Assembly (NCBI GenBank): GCA_965237905.1
Contig: OZ250172.1
Location: 1,536,001 to 1,600,000, forward strand
Length of the DNA stretch: 64,000 bases
Reading direction: 5' to 3'
Origin: Nitrospinaceae bacterium
GTDB lineage: Bacteria; Nitrospinota; Nitrospinia; Nitrospinales; Nitrospinaceae
Part shown: in pieces, positions 1-10,083 of the stretch
Position numbering within the stretch: position 1 is the stretch's first letter
Layout of the letters: each line of letters opens with the position of its first letter
Notes under the pieces: model-generated
What the model was told of the DNA's origin: nothing
The model's input: the letters and a program-made list of their open reading frames with translations, nothing else
The model's database searches: none
Position numbers and translations under genes: made by a program

Positions 1-1705
1 TTGCAAAATCAGCCGTGTTCTGGGTGGCTGCAATTTTCATATAGATGTTTTCGTCCGCCGTAATATGAGGCGTCACCTTGAGCTCCAGGTTGGCATCCAC
101 AAACTGTACTTTGGTTCCCTCGTTGGCCGAGGACGTTTGCACTGGAAATCGTTGACCACTCTGGATTTTGGCTTCTGTATTATCCAAGGTCGTTACTTTG
201 GGAGACGCAATAGTCCGGGATTTCCCCTGGGATTCCAAAGCTTCCAACTGGATATCCAATACATGATCCGCATCAAAGGTCCTAAGAAGGATGCCAAATT
301 GACCTGCGGGCGATCCGGCGGTACCCAGATCCACGATCAAACCGGGATCAATGCCGTCAGCGATAACATCAGCATCGGTTTGATCCTGGGCTCGGATCAC
401 GCCGGTCCCACCAGTCCTGATAATTGCGGGAAAGCTATCCCCTGCACCAAAATCGGTCCTTTCGGTAAACGCACCCCACTGAATTCCTATTTCCTGGGCA
501 AAGTTTCTGGTGACCTCGACAATTTTGGATTCGATCATCACCTGTGGTGTTTTCACATCCAGGGTTTTGATGACTGAAATCATTTCGTCTATTTTTGCAG
601 GGATATCCGTCAAAATCAGGGTATTGGTACGGGCATCTGCGCTAATGCTCCCCCTGGGACTCTTTATCCCGGCAAGGTTAGTGACCATTTCCGAGATAAC
701 GGCATAATTGATGCGAATCATCTCCGTAGCCAAAGGTTCGTCCACCTCAGCGGCTAACAGGGTCGCATTCGGTACAACGCGAATGATATTAGCTTCGCAC
801 ACCCTGCCTAGACCGTTATTTTCCAAAATCAGTTCAAAGGCCCTGTTCCATGGGACATCTATGAGACGAATATTCACCGTTCCTGAAACATCCGGAGAAA
901 GCATCAGGTTGAACCCACTGACTTCTGCAATAATCCGGAATATATTTTTAATATTGGCATTTTGGAAGTCCATTGAAAGGCTGTCTCTAACGCCGCCTAA
1001 CAGCTCGAAACAGGTATCATTCCTATCTCCCTCGTCGTCCTCCTCTTTTTTAGAGGTAGCATCCTTTTGGTCGCTGTCGGCCATGGCCACTTGTTCTGGA
1101 GCAGGCTCGGCTTGTTCTTCCGGAGCTTGAGCTTCCTTCGCCGGCGGCTCATTATCTTTCAGCCGAATATCCATCACATAGGAACTGGGGCGGAGAATTT
1201 CATAGGAGGCGGCCTTGGTGAGGCCGATTTCCAACCGCAGGACTTTTGCTTCTTCAAAATATAAAGGCCGAATGATACTGACCACTCCCTGATTCACTTC
1301 CATAACCCCGCTCAATTCACTTTTCCCCATGTTAGGAAAATCAAGAACCAAGCGAAGAGGATCGACTAATTTGAAGGCGGTATATTCCAAAGCCTGAGAG
1401 GAACGTAATTTGATGGAGACCTCGTTATCTTCCTTTGCCGTTTGCAAATCGACAATTTTCGAAAGCGTTCCGGCTTTGGCATCCCCCGAGGCCTGAGCCA
1501 TCAGCATTCTTTCGGCTTTGGTACCTTTTGCCGGGCTGATCATGATCATTTTCTTGGCGACCGCCTTTTTGCCGGACACAGATTTCCCGGGCTTCATTGC
1601 GCCGGTTTCTGCTTGGGCATCAAGAGCGGGTGAAAGGGTCAAACCCGCTCCGAGGATTATGGCAATCAAACCAAACATGAATTGATTTTTAATTTTTGTA
1701 TTCAC
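1..1705 (-). CDS. pilQ: Type IV pilus secretin PilQ (3' end outside window)
   Basis: Manual reverse-strand reading: GTG at 1705 after GAGG, a signal peptide, then LSMDFQNANIKNIFRIIAEVSGFNLMLSPDVSGTVNIRLIDVPW (secretin N0/STN region); downstream of pilMNOP. Confidence 0.88.
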   Translation of the reverse strand, partial: MNTKIKNQFMFGLIAIILGAGLTLSPALDAQAETGAMKPGKSVSGKKAVAKKMIMISPAKGTKAERMLMAQASGDAKAGTLSKIVDLQTAKEDNEVSIKLRSSQALEYTAFKLVDPLRLVLDFPNMGKSELSGVMEVNQGVVSIIRPLYFEEAKVLRLEIGLTKAASYEILRPSSYVMDIRLKDNEPPAKEAQAPEEQAEPAPEQVAMADSDQKDATSKKEEDDEGDRNDTCFELLGGVRDSLSMDFQNANIKNIFRIIAEVSGFNLMLSPDVSGTVNIRLIDVPWNRAFELILENNGLGRVCEANIIRVVPNATLLAAEVDEPLATEMIRINYAVISEMVTNLAGIKSPRGSISADARTNTLILTDIPAKIDEMISVIKTLDVKTPQVMIESKIVEVTRNFAQEIGIQWGAFTERTDFGAGDSFPAIIRTGGTGVIRAQDQTDADVIADGIDPGLIVDLGTAGSPAGQFGILLRTFDADHVLDIQLEALESQGKSRTIASPKVTTLDNTEAKIQSGQRFPVQTSSANEGTKVQFVDANLELKVTPHITADENIYMKIAATQNTADFA

Positions 1706-1720
1706 GATACGTCCTCACTC

Positions 1721-3280
1721 CTATTCATCTGGATGGGGGAATTCAATAAACTCGGTTTGGGTAACAATTTTTCCGTCATATTTTCGAAGCCGTTCCAGTA
1801 TAACCACTCTTTCCTCATCAATGGATTGGACCACTCCGAAATTAGGCCCTATAAAGGAGCCTACACGGATAGTATGACCCTTGGTATCCGGTGTTTCGAT
1901 CAAACCAACGGTTTCTTTTTCATCCCAAATAACTCCGGCAAATGTCAAACTGCCCAAGCTGGATTGCAATGGCGTTTGAACCAACAGTTCCACCTCTTCC
2001 CTGGCTTTAGCAATCAACTTTTTATATTGAGCAACTTCTTCTTTCAGTTCGGAGGGTTTCATTCCGCTCAACCCAATTTTGTTTTTGAACAAGGCCCCGT
2101 AGTACTCAAGATCCGAATACAAGCGCGGGTTGCTTTCCTTAATTCTTTGATACAATTCAAAGGGAATGGCAGGAAGTCCGCCAATGGTGGCTTCCATCAC
2201 CCTAATAGTTTCTTCATCCGATTTGCGGGGTCCCGGTTTCCCTGGGCCTGGGCCCGGCTTGGCCGGTCCCTTTTTCCTTTTAATGTCTTTTTTCTCGGGC
2301 AGTATCAGAGGAATAAAGGGATCACGGTTCTCTGAGAACAGATGCCGAAGCCCGGGAGCAAAAACCACTCGGGTCGTTTGGACATTCTGGTGTCCTGATT
2401 CAATAACTCTCAGAAGGCTTTCCATATGTCTCCGGGCTTTCCGGTTAATGGTGGCTAAACCAGCCAAATTCCCCTCGCGATCCACCTTCCGGAACCATTG
2501 GCCCGCAGAAGATTCATAAAACTGAATCAACTTTCGAAGCTCCCGATCGGAAAGGGAACGGTAATTGTACATATGCGCAAGCAATATATGCGACCGAAGT
2601 TGTTCCCGCAGATCGGATCTAAGACGGTTGATAAGCGTCTCTGCATGGGGCGCACTGAATTCCCTGTTGACCGGATTCGTCAACTGAAGCACGGTAGCCT
2701 CCAAATCGATAACCTCATCCACCAGACTCATTGCTTTTTCAAGTTGATCAAACAAGTTGATACGATTTTTCTTGGGCGGTGCTTTAATGATCTTTTCCAG
2801 AAATTTTTGATAAGTTCTCTGGCTTACTTTCAGCGATTTAATATTGAGGCGAACCACTTTTCGCCCAACAGCAGACCGGAAAAACCGGACACTCCGGATA
2901 ACATGCGCCCCGTGATAGTTGCTTGTGATCTTCTTTAATTTCTGATTGTAAAAGTTACCCGCCCTGAAGGTTCCCTTATAAATATTATTGATCAATGCAA
3001 TATGCTCAATAGACAAACCCAAAGACTGAAGGACCCTCGGCCGGGTCCAGAGGGATGCCCCTATTCTTTTTTTGGACAGAAACCTTCTTTCCTTGTCAAA
3101 TCCACTGACGTTATAGAGCTGTCGGGACAGACTTTGTTTGGTTTTCGAACTGGTTTTAGCAATCGCCTGTCCACCGGCCAGCCAATGAGTGGATACCCAA
3201 ACCGCGACCATAAAGATGGCGATCAATCCCTTTTTAATGTCCATCCGCTGATTCAATAGTTGCATATTCGCTACTTTCAT
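1721..3280 (-). CDS. pilP: Extended PilP-like protein (C-terminal PilP domain, long N-terminal helical extension)
   Basis: RDPFIPL...GVIWDEKETVGLIETPDTKGHTIRVGSFIGPNFGVVQSI is PilP-like; lies between pilO and pilQ. Confidence 0.75.
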   Translation of the reverse strand: MKVANMQLLNQRMDIKKGLIAIFMVAVWVSTHWLAGGQAIAKTSSKTKQSLSRQLYNVSGFDKERRFLSKKRIGASLWTRPRVLQSLGLSIEHIALINNIYKGTFRAGNFYNQKLKKITSNYHGAHVIRSVRFFRSAVGRKVVRLNIKSLKVSQRTYQKFLEKIIKAPPKKNRINLFDQLEKAMSLVDEVIDLEATVLQLTNPVNREFSAPHAETLINRLRSDLREQLRSHILLAHMYNYRSLSDRELRKLIQFYESSAGQWFRKVDREGNLAGLATINRKARRHMESLLRVIESGHQNVQTTRVVFAPGLRHLFSENRDPFIPLILPEKKDIKRKKGPAKPGPGPGKPGPRKSDEETIRVMEATIGGLPAIPFELYQRIKESNPRLYSDLEYYGALFKNKIGLSGMKPSELKEEVAQYKKLIAKAREEVELLVQTPLQSSLGSLTFAGVIWDEKETVGLIETPDTKGHTIRVGSFIGPNFGVVQSIDEERVVILERLRKYDGKIVTQTEFIEFPHPDE

Positions 3281-3285
3281 ACCCT

Positions 3286-3927
3286 TTATTTGACTTTCTC
3301 AGAACCTTCGATATACGCAAAGGTACTGGCTGTGATTTGAGTTCGCAAAGCATCTACGCTTTTCTGCTCTTTTTCACCGTCCTCATTGACTACTATCTTG
3401 GTAGCCTTCCCCCTATTCATTGTAAATTGTTTCACATTGACCACCCGAAGCAAATTCTGCAGTGAATCGAAAAATCCTGCCGTTTGATAATAGTTCCCGC
3501 TAATGGTCAACGACACGGAAATGGATTTATAAAAACCTTTGCTTTGGGCCGGCGCCAGTTTAAAAGAAACAATATCCACACCCAGGAAATCTCCAATATC
3601 CGAAATTTTGTGAATCAGAAGCGGAATCTCCTCAGCCATGGGTAATTGCCTCTTTTTCTCTCCCAGAGTGCCAAAGAGCGCGGCTACCTGTTTGGTGATT
3701 GCTTCTTTTTTCGCGCCTTCCGCCAGATACAGGGCAAGTTTTATTTCTGTTTCCGCCAACTGCTTATCAAGCTTGGCCTTCTCCTCTGCGTTGGGACTGA
3801 ACCCCAAATAAAACCAAAGGCCAACAATGGCCACAGCCAAACCCGCAAATATCCCGAAATAATGCGCGGGTTTGAAATTGGCGAAGGTCTCGTAGGGTAT
3901 TTTGTCAAATAGCTTGTTCAGGTTCAT
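3286..3927 (-). CDS. pilO: Type IV pilus assembly protein PilO
   Basis: TM helix, coiled coil, QLP..EEIP.L, FY.SISVSLTISGNY; operon position. Confidence 0.85.
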   Translation of the reverse strand: MNLNKLFDKIPYETFANFKPAHYFGIFAGLAVAIVGLWFYLGFSPNAEEKAKLDKQLAETEIKLALYLAEGAKKEAITKQVAALFGTLGEKKRQLPMAEEIPLLIHKISDIGDFLGVDIVSFKLAPAQSKGFYKSISVSLTISGNYYQTAGFFDSLQNLLRVVNVKQFTMNRGKATKIVVNEDGEKEQKSVDALRTQITASTFAYIEGSEKVK

Positions 3928-3937
3928 GTATCCAGCC

Positions 3938-4600
3938 TCATGCCGCAGGTTTTGTGTTCAGGAAATGCAAGTAAATCACGAACCTCTGCACCGGTTGTTT
4001 TTCCATCCAGGCTCTTTGTGACGTATTGAGTACTACCGCATCAATGTAGGGAATCGCTCTTAATTGCTCCAGGAAATTAACGATCGGCTGATCGTCTGTC
4101 CCCACTCCCCTCAACTCAATAAATTTATCAGCCCCGTCTTCTTTACCTTTCTTCTTTGGTCTTCTTCTTTTTGATTTTTTATCATCATAAGCAATGAACA
4201 GAAATGGGACTCTTTTACTTTGAATCTCTGTCATGCCCACTTGCCTGGTCGACGTCAGCCAAATCCCTTCTGGAACTGCCTGACCCATATCTTCCAAAAA
4301 TTCAGTGGTTCGTGCTTGATTCGATCGCAACTGATCGATACCTTTTATGATTTTTTGATACTGTGCTCTCTGTTTTTTCATTTGCTGGACTGCGTTATAG
4401 TTCGGAGTTGCAGCCGCAACCTCAATTTGGACTTCGGCCAAATTATCTTTTGTAATCCCAATCAACGCTAGTTGGATTATCCAGACCACAAAGCATGCAA
4501 GGAAGGTGGCCGTGCTGGCTGCCCCCACCAGGACAACCCGCTTCTGGATTTCGACATCCCGGATAACTCTCTTATAATCGTATAAATTGATAGTAATCAT
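3938..4600 (-). CDS. pilN: Type IV pilus assembly protein PilN
   Basis: N-terminal MITINL motif, TM, coiled coil, VPEGIWLT. Confidence 0.85.
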   Translation of the reverse strand: MITINLYDYKRVIRDVEIQKRVVLVGAASTATFLACFVVWIIQLALIGITKDNLAEVQIEVAAATPNYNAVQQMKKQRAQYQKIIKGIDQLRSNQARTTEFLEDMGQAVPEGIWLTSTRQVGMTEIQSKRVPFLFIAYDDKKSKRRRPKKKGKEDGADKFIELRGVGTDDQPIVNFLEQLRAIPYIDAVVLNTSQRAWMEKQPVQRFVIYLHFLNTKPAA

Positions 4601-5679
4601 ATATAGTCAAACCTTCTTGTTGCGAGACCAATTGCTACGGTCGCTATAGGAGCCATTTGAGCCAGACTTTGCGCATCGAATTTTCTTGCTCCCAATCGAA
4701 TGGCCTCCATAGGATTGAATATTTCCACCGGCACTCCCAGCCGGTCTGCCAGAAATCCATCCACACCTGGAATCATCGCCCCACCGCCGCAAAGAAAGGC
4801 CTGTTCCACCTGACTGTTGGATGTGGTGCTGAAAAACTCGAATGACTTGTGGAGTTCTTCCAGAATAGGCTCAAAGGATTCGATAATCGCTTCAATGACC
4901 TCCTCCTTCTCCGCTCCTTCAGGAATGGCGCCCAACTTGATGTTTTCCGAATCCCTGTATTCTAATTCATATTTATCCATCAGTTTGTTGGTGCAAGCGT
5001 CCTGACCGCCAGGGATGTCCCGCGTGTAAGAGGTCACACCATCCATCAAAATATTGAGATGGGTAAAAGCGCCTCCTAGATCAACAATAGCCACGGAACC
5101 CATATCCTGAAGGTTCCTGGAAATGTTGATGGCATTCACCATGGCAAAAACATCCAAATCAATAATGACCGGTTTGAGCCCCGCCGCAGTCAATACGTTG
5201 GAACGGTTATCGATAATTTCGTTCTGGACCGCCACCAGAAGAATTTCCTGCTTTTCCTCTTCTTCCTCAAACTCATGCTCTTCCAGAGTGGGAGTCCCTT
5301 CCAGGATTTGAAAGTCAATCCGAACATCATCGATGTCAAAGGGAATGTATTGTTCCGCTTCCTGGGGAATAAACTCCTCCAACTCTTGATGTGACATCAC
5401 AGGGACTTTGATTTTCTTGATCATCACCGCCTCGCCGGCCACAGAAGCCACTGCATGAGGATGATTATCCAAACCCTCCGCTTTGACTAGACGGGCCAAG
5501 GCATCTACCACGTGGTCTTCATCCTGCACTACCCCTTCGAGAACCGATTCGGATTCCAAAGGCATCACTCCAAAATTCGATAACTCGTATTTGCCCGGAG
5601 TCCCCATCAAACGGCCTACCTTGATGGAATTTGACCCGATATCTACTGCGAGTAGAGGTGTTTTGGCTGAAAGAAACAT
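4597..5679 (-). CDS. pilM: Type IV pilus assembly protein PilM (actin-like)
   Basis: AVDIGSNSIKV, EAEQYIPFDIDDV, VDLGG, LCGGGA motifs. Confidence 0.93.
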   Translation of the reverse strand: MFLSAKTPLLAVDIGSNSIKVGRLMGTPGKYELSNFGVMPLESESVLEGVVQDEDHVVDALARLVKAEGLDNHPHAVASVAGEAVMIKKIKVPVMSHQELEEFIPQEAEQYIPFDIDDVRIDFQILEGTPTLEEHEFEEEEEKQEILLVAVQNEIIDNRSNVLTAAGLKPVIIDLDVFAMVNAINISRNLQDMGSVAIVDLGGAFTHLNILMDGVTSYTRDIPGGQDACTNKLMDKYELEYRDSENIKLGAIPEGAEKEEVIEAIIESFEPILEELHKSFEFFSTTSNSQVEQAFLCGGGAMIPGVDGFLADRLGVPVEIFNPMEAIRLGARKFDAQSLAQMAPIATVAIGLATRRFDYI

Positions 5680-5931
5680 CAATTAACTCCTAAATTCTTC
5701 CATTTACGTTAATTCCCTAAATACGAAACTTCCATTTTTTAAAGGCTCCTTTGCTGGAAGCCCGCAGGAAACTGAGCTCCTCTGCATAAAACAATGGGTC
5801 GTTTCCCTTCACCTACTAAATCTTTCTTGATCGCCTGGATGTTTTACTGGCCAAGTAAATAATCCGCAAAGATAAAGCTGAAGCTGGATAGGATTGACTC
5901 CTCCAAGAAAATCCCAAACCGTAGTACTTGC

Positions 5932-6177
5932 TTACTTCTTTACCCCGCTCTTTTTCTTTTTAGTCCCAGTACTCGATCCGTCCAAAAATATCTTGGACCG
6001 GTCACCCAACTTGTACCCCAAGGCTAAAATTATCTTGCGCTTGGTGTCCAAACGACAATCGTTGCCCTTCTCGATCCGGTCGACAGTTTGCACGGTGACA
6101 CTGGCCTTACGGGCCAGTTCCGCCTTGCTCATCATCTTGGATTCGCGAATGGTGCGAACATTGTTGAATTGGGACAC
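5932..6177 (-). CDS. Small XRE/Cro-type HTH regulator
   Basis: IRESKMMSKAELARKASVTVQTVDRIEKG; GTG at 6177 follows a GGAGGG SD (ORF track starts at 6192). Confidence 0.8.
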   Translation of the reverse strand: MSQFNNVRTIRESKMMSKAELARKASVTVQTVDRIEKGNDCRLDTKRKIILALGYKLGDRSKIFLDGSSTGTKKKKSGVKK

Positions 6178-6256
6178 GCTATTCCCCTCCAAAGTTCTTC
6201 ATGGGATGTGCTGTTTGGTTTTCTCTAACTAACTGTTTTTGTCACTGGATATTCTC

Positions 6257-6285
6257 AATATAAGGGAACTCATATTAAGAGTCAA
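6257..6285 (-). promoter_or_regulatory. Putative sigma70 promoter for the HTH/pil genes
   Basis: Minus strand TTGACT-N17-TATATT. Confidence 0.5.
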
Positions 6286-6581
6286 TAACATTTTGAAATT
6301 TAATCATATAAGGTGTTTAATACATCAAACTATAGCTAAATTACTATAAATTTGAGTGAATGATTTCAAAGCATGCATTATCTGTTTCAGCCCTGTTTTA
6401 TGCGGGGAAACGGGTGGGGGGAACTGAAAAAAGTTGTTTAAAAACGTCCCGCCAGTTTGGGTCAAAAATCCTCCAAATCACGACCCATTTTGGACTATTT
6501 TTTTCAATGATTTATAGAACAAATGAAGCTCTTCGAATTCCCGGTTGGATAATTCAGAATTTTTGGTAGAATCCAGATCCT

Positions 6582-7913
6582 ATGAAACAAGTCTATATGG
6601 AAACCTTCGGATGCCAAATGAACGCGGCAGATTCCGACCGAATGGAACTGTTGCTGTTCCAATCCGGATACCTGCGTACCCCACATGTGGAGGACGCTGA
6701 TCTGGTACTCGTAAATACCTGTTCTATAAGAGAAAAAGCTGAGCAAAAGGTGTTTTCCCTGTTTGGGGGTCTAAAACCCTTAAAACAAGCTAATCCTGAC
6801 CTCATCCTGGGGGTGGCGGGCTGTCTGGCCCAGCAGGAGCAGGCCGTTCTAATGGACCGGATGCCTCTCCTGGATTTCATCATCGGGCCCGACGCTGTCG
6901 AGTCCATCCAGCAAATTGTCCATCGCGTGCATCAAGGGGAAGGACCGGTGGTATGGACGGAATTTGATTCTGAGAAAAACTATTCCATACCCGAACAACC
7001 GCTGATCAAAGACCCCGGTCCCAGTGCCTTTGTGAACATCATTAAAGGGTGTGATAAGTTTTGTAGTTTCTGCGTGGTCCCCTACACCCGGGGCCGGGAG
7101 AAATCGCGTGAAGCCGAGGAGATCTATGCGGAAATCCGCCAGTTGGTGGATAAAGGTGCGAAGGAGATTGTTCTTCTCGGTCAGAACGTCAACGCCTATG
7201 GCAAGCGCGGTTTGCAACAACCGGTGGCCTTCCACGAACTGCTGTACGGGATCGCGGAAATAAAGGGCGTGGAGCGGTTGCGTTTCATCACCAGTCATCC
7301 GATGGATTTCACCCGCGAATTGATCCAAGCTTACTGCGACATCGATATCCTTATGAACCACCTGCACTTGCCGGTCCAAAGCGGAAGTAACCGCATCCTG
7401 GAATTGATGCGCCGGAGCCATACCATTGAATGGTATATGGATCTCATCGCACAACTGAAAAGCGAAGTACCGGATATTGCTTTATCAACGGATATCATTG
7501 TCGGCTTTCCCGGAGAAACGCGGAAAGAGTTTGAGGACACCCTACAATTGATGGAACAAGTGAGATTCAACAACAGCTACATGTTCACCTACAGTCCCAG
7601 GCCCAATACCCCGGCGCTGGAAATGGCAGACGATATTCCGCACGAAGAAAAGCAGGAACGCCTGCAGCGAACGATTCAACTTCAAAACCGCCTCACCGAG
7701 GAAAACAGTCAGGCGTTTCTAGGGCAGGATGTTGAGGTATTGATTGAAAGCGCAACCGCGCGAAAAGGAATGTCGTTCAAGGGCCGAAACCCGCACTACT
7801 GGTCTGTGGTATTTAAAGGTGGGGAGGACCGCCTAAAGCTGGGTGATGTCACCCGCGTCCGGGTGGAAGAGGCCAACGGTCATGTTTTGAGGGGAAGTTG
7901 GACCGGTCAATAA
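6582..7913 (+). CDS. miaB: tRNA methylthiotransferase MiaB
   Basis: ETFGCQMN, NTCSIREKAE, radical SAM CDKFCSFC, DIIVGFPGET, C-terminal TRAM region. Confidence 0.95.
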   Translation: MKQVYMETFGCQMNAADSDRMELLLFQSGYLRTPHVEDADLVLVNTCSIREKAEQKVFSLFGGLKPLKQANPDLILGVAGCLAQQEQAVLMDRMPLLDFIIGPDAVESIQQIVHRVHQGEGPVVWTEFDSEKNYSIPEQPLIKDPGPSAFVNIIKGCDKFCSFCVVPYTRGREKSREAEEIYAEIRQLVDKGAKEIVLLGQNVNAYGKRGLQQPVAFHELLYGIAEIKGVERLRFITSHPMDFTRELIQAYCDIDILMNHLHLPVQSGSNRILELMRRSHTIEWYMDLIAQLKSEVPDIALSTDIIVGFPGETRKEFEDTLQLMEQVRFNNSYMFTYSPRPNTPALEMADDIPHEEKQERLQRTIQLQNRLTEENSQAFLGQDVEVLIESATARKGMSFKGRNPHYWSVVFKGGEDRLKLGDVTRVRVEEANGHVLRGSWTGQ

Positions 7914-9355
7914 ACTCCCAACCGGTAAAAAATGGTCTCTTCCAGATAATCCAGATTGGGTTGAACCATCTGCAGGGCCAGGCGCAAATCATGGATGGTT
8001 TTGAGATCAGGCGGCTCGGGGCGGTCCGATAGATGATTCAATCCCTCCAGACAAAAACCATCCAGGTCCGCCATGTGTTCCAGAACCTCCTCGGGCAAAT
8101 CTTCCAGACACACTTCCTGGGCTTCGATATACCTCAGCATCTCAATCAGGCGTAACTTCATATAAACGATCTTATTGCGCAACTGGGCAACCAGCCGGGA
8201 TTCCGGACCTTTCAACTCATCACAGATGAGGTTCAACAGCTTGCGCAACATCCGGTAGAAGGCCTGGTGTTGTTTCTCGTCGTAAAAACAGTCCTTTTGA
8301 GCCCCAAATAAAAGGTCAAACACCGCTTCCAGGTCGAATTCTTCCGTTCCCATCATGGAATAAAGAATAGCCTTGAATTCCTTTTCAGAGAACGCCAGCC
8401 CCATATCCTCAAAAATTTCCTGAAGCGATCCGGTGCGTCCCTGCGGAGTGTGATGCACGCTTTCCAGAGCGTAGGGTTTAATCGGAGAGTCCCCATCCAA
8501 CGCAAGATAAACGCCGGCATCCTCATTGCGCATCACGGTAACTTTTTGCATCGACTCCACGAAACCGGTCAACGAAAACGCGGGAACCTGAAGCAATCCG
8601 GCATCCAGATTGAACAGCCCTCGCAACATCTGTTTCTCTAAAGATAAAGCAGAGTCCGCTACACCGCCCAACCCTTTCATCAACTCGTCTTCAAGCGCGA
8701 CATGCAGGGATCGGGTTCGCAACCGGTTCGCGCTCCACATGGAAGCCGGGTACGCCTCAATGGAATAAATCCCCTGATAATAGTCGACCAACCGCACCTT
8801 CAGCCGGTCTTCCGGATGAAATTCCAACTGGGCCAGCAAATCCCGGATATCCCAGACGGTCAGGTTTAAAGTGCTTTTCCCGGGCATCCATTGGTTGACT
8901 TTGATCTGATAGGGAAAATGCTTTTCATGAGAGTACTGGTAATGATTGATGACCTCTTCAATGAAAAAGGATTGCTTCTTTTTGGGAATTTCGCGGCCGT
9001 GTGGATCCAAAAAGGTCAGTTCGTCCTCTTCCAGATCCGGAGAAATAAAGGGAACCAGGTGGTGGCCGGGAATCAACCGCTGGTGTTGCAATTCCGCCTT
9101 CCCCAATTGGATTTCCAAGGGGATATGACCGATACGATCCAGCACCGCTTGATACGGTATGAAACTTTCACCGCTTACTTCGATCACGTGGGAATGGTTC
9201 GTCAAAGTTTGTTTCAGATGGTCCAGCGTCGCAGGCGCAATACGGCGGCGCCAATGTTTTTGAATCGTTTCGATATACTCATCCACCGAAAACGGTTCAC
9301 GGGATTCACGAATCAGGTTTTCAGCCAGTGTTTGGAGTGTCCGTTTATGAGGCAT
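7907..9355 (-). CDS. Hypothetical protein (~480 aa)
   Basis: Long ORF with host-like codon use; probable start MPHKR at 9355; no recognised motif. Confidence 0.7.
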   Translation of the reverse strand: MPHKRTLQTLAENLIRESREPFSVDEYIETIQKHWRRRIAPATLDHLKQTLTNHSHVIEVSGESFIPYQAVLDRIGHIPLEIQLGKAELQHQRLIPGHHLVPFISPDLEEDELTFLDPHGREIPKKKQSFFIEEVINHYQYSHEKHFPYQIKVNQWMPGKSTLNLTVWDIRDLLAQLEFHPEDRLKVRLVDYYQGIYSIEAYPASMWSANRLRTRSLHVALEDELMKGLGGVADSALSLEKQMLRGLFNLDAGLLQVPAFSLTGFVESMQKVTVMRNEDAGVYLALDGDSPIKPYALESVHHTPQGRTGSLQEIFEDMGLAFSEKEFKAILYSMMGTEEFDLEAVFDLLFGAQKDCFYDEKQHQAFYRMLRKLLNLICDELKGPESRLVAQLRNKIVYMKLRLIEMLRYIEAQEVCLEDLPEEVLEHMADLDGFCLEGLNHLSDRPEPPDLKTIHDLRLALQMVQPNLDYLEETIFYRLGVY

Positions 9356-9636
9356 GGAAGCAATCAACTCGGGTAAGATTAAAAGAGGTAGAAACTGAAA
9401 ATATCGGGAACCGGTGTTCCCTCTGCCAGGTAGGTTTAACGGTGCGCCTGGAATCAGGCGTCGAGCTCTATCTGTCGGAATCTTAACATAAACCGGCGGG
9501 GGCGCAAACCCTTTATTCACCCTTTGTAAAATATCCTTTTGAAGTTCGAAAGGGACTTGATTTTATCCCGGCAACTCAGTAGATTGAGGGATAAAAATCA
9601 CCTCAAAAATTCCATCGTTTTGATAAGGAGTTTGCA

Positions 9637-9912
9637 ATGGATAATCAAGATAATCAGAATCATCAACATAATATTGAAATCAGCTATCGTAAAGTCTTCG
9701 GCCGCTTGAACACCCGCAAAAAATTCGCTATCCAATCGATTGAGGGGACGACTGTCACCGTCGAGCAGGATGAAGAAATCTGCGGACAAAAAGAACCACG
9801 ACTGTTTGTGTTTAACAGCGAAAAAGAACTGGAAACATTTGTCACGCAGGAAAATCAGTTTGAACGGGATATCAATTCGCAGTTGTCCGGCAACAGTATG
9901 CCTTATCGTTGA
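9637..9912 (+). CDS. Small hypothetical protein
   Basis: 91 aa ORF with AAGGAG SD. Confidence 0.65.
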   Translation: MDNQDNQNHQHNIEISYRKVFGRLNTRKKFAIQSIEGTTVTVEQDEEICGQKEPRLFVFNSEKELETFVTQENQFERDINSQLSGNSMPYR

Positions 9913-9965
9913 TCCCTCTGATAATTGCGCACGGGACTCATCGCTTGCCATTAACTGTCAGTAAG

Positions 9966-10083
9966 TTTCCCCCTCCGGGCAGGAGGCGGCGAACCGCCGC
10001 AGGTAATTAAAAACTTCGAATTGTGCTCAACGATTTACATATGCAGTCAACCGTCAACCCGTTCCCCCTCCGGGTAGGAGGCG
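9966..10083. repeat. Two REP-like copies TTCCCCCTCCGGG(C/T)AGGAGGCG
   Basis: Copies at ~9966 and ~10062; reverse complement recurs at 48244. Confidence 0.65.

Noticed and set aside
65..1633. Plus-strand ORFs at the window start
   Set aside because: Antisense to pilQ, which the ORF track missed because it runs off the window edge.
5700..5930. Possible c-di-GMP riboswitch upstream of pilM
   Set aside because: I could not find the class I or class II consensus elements.
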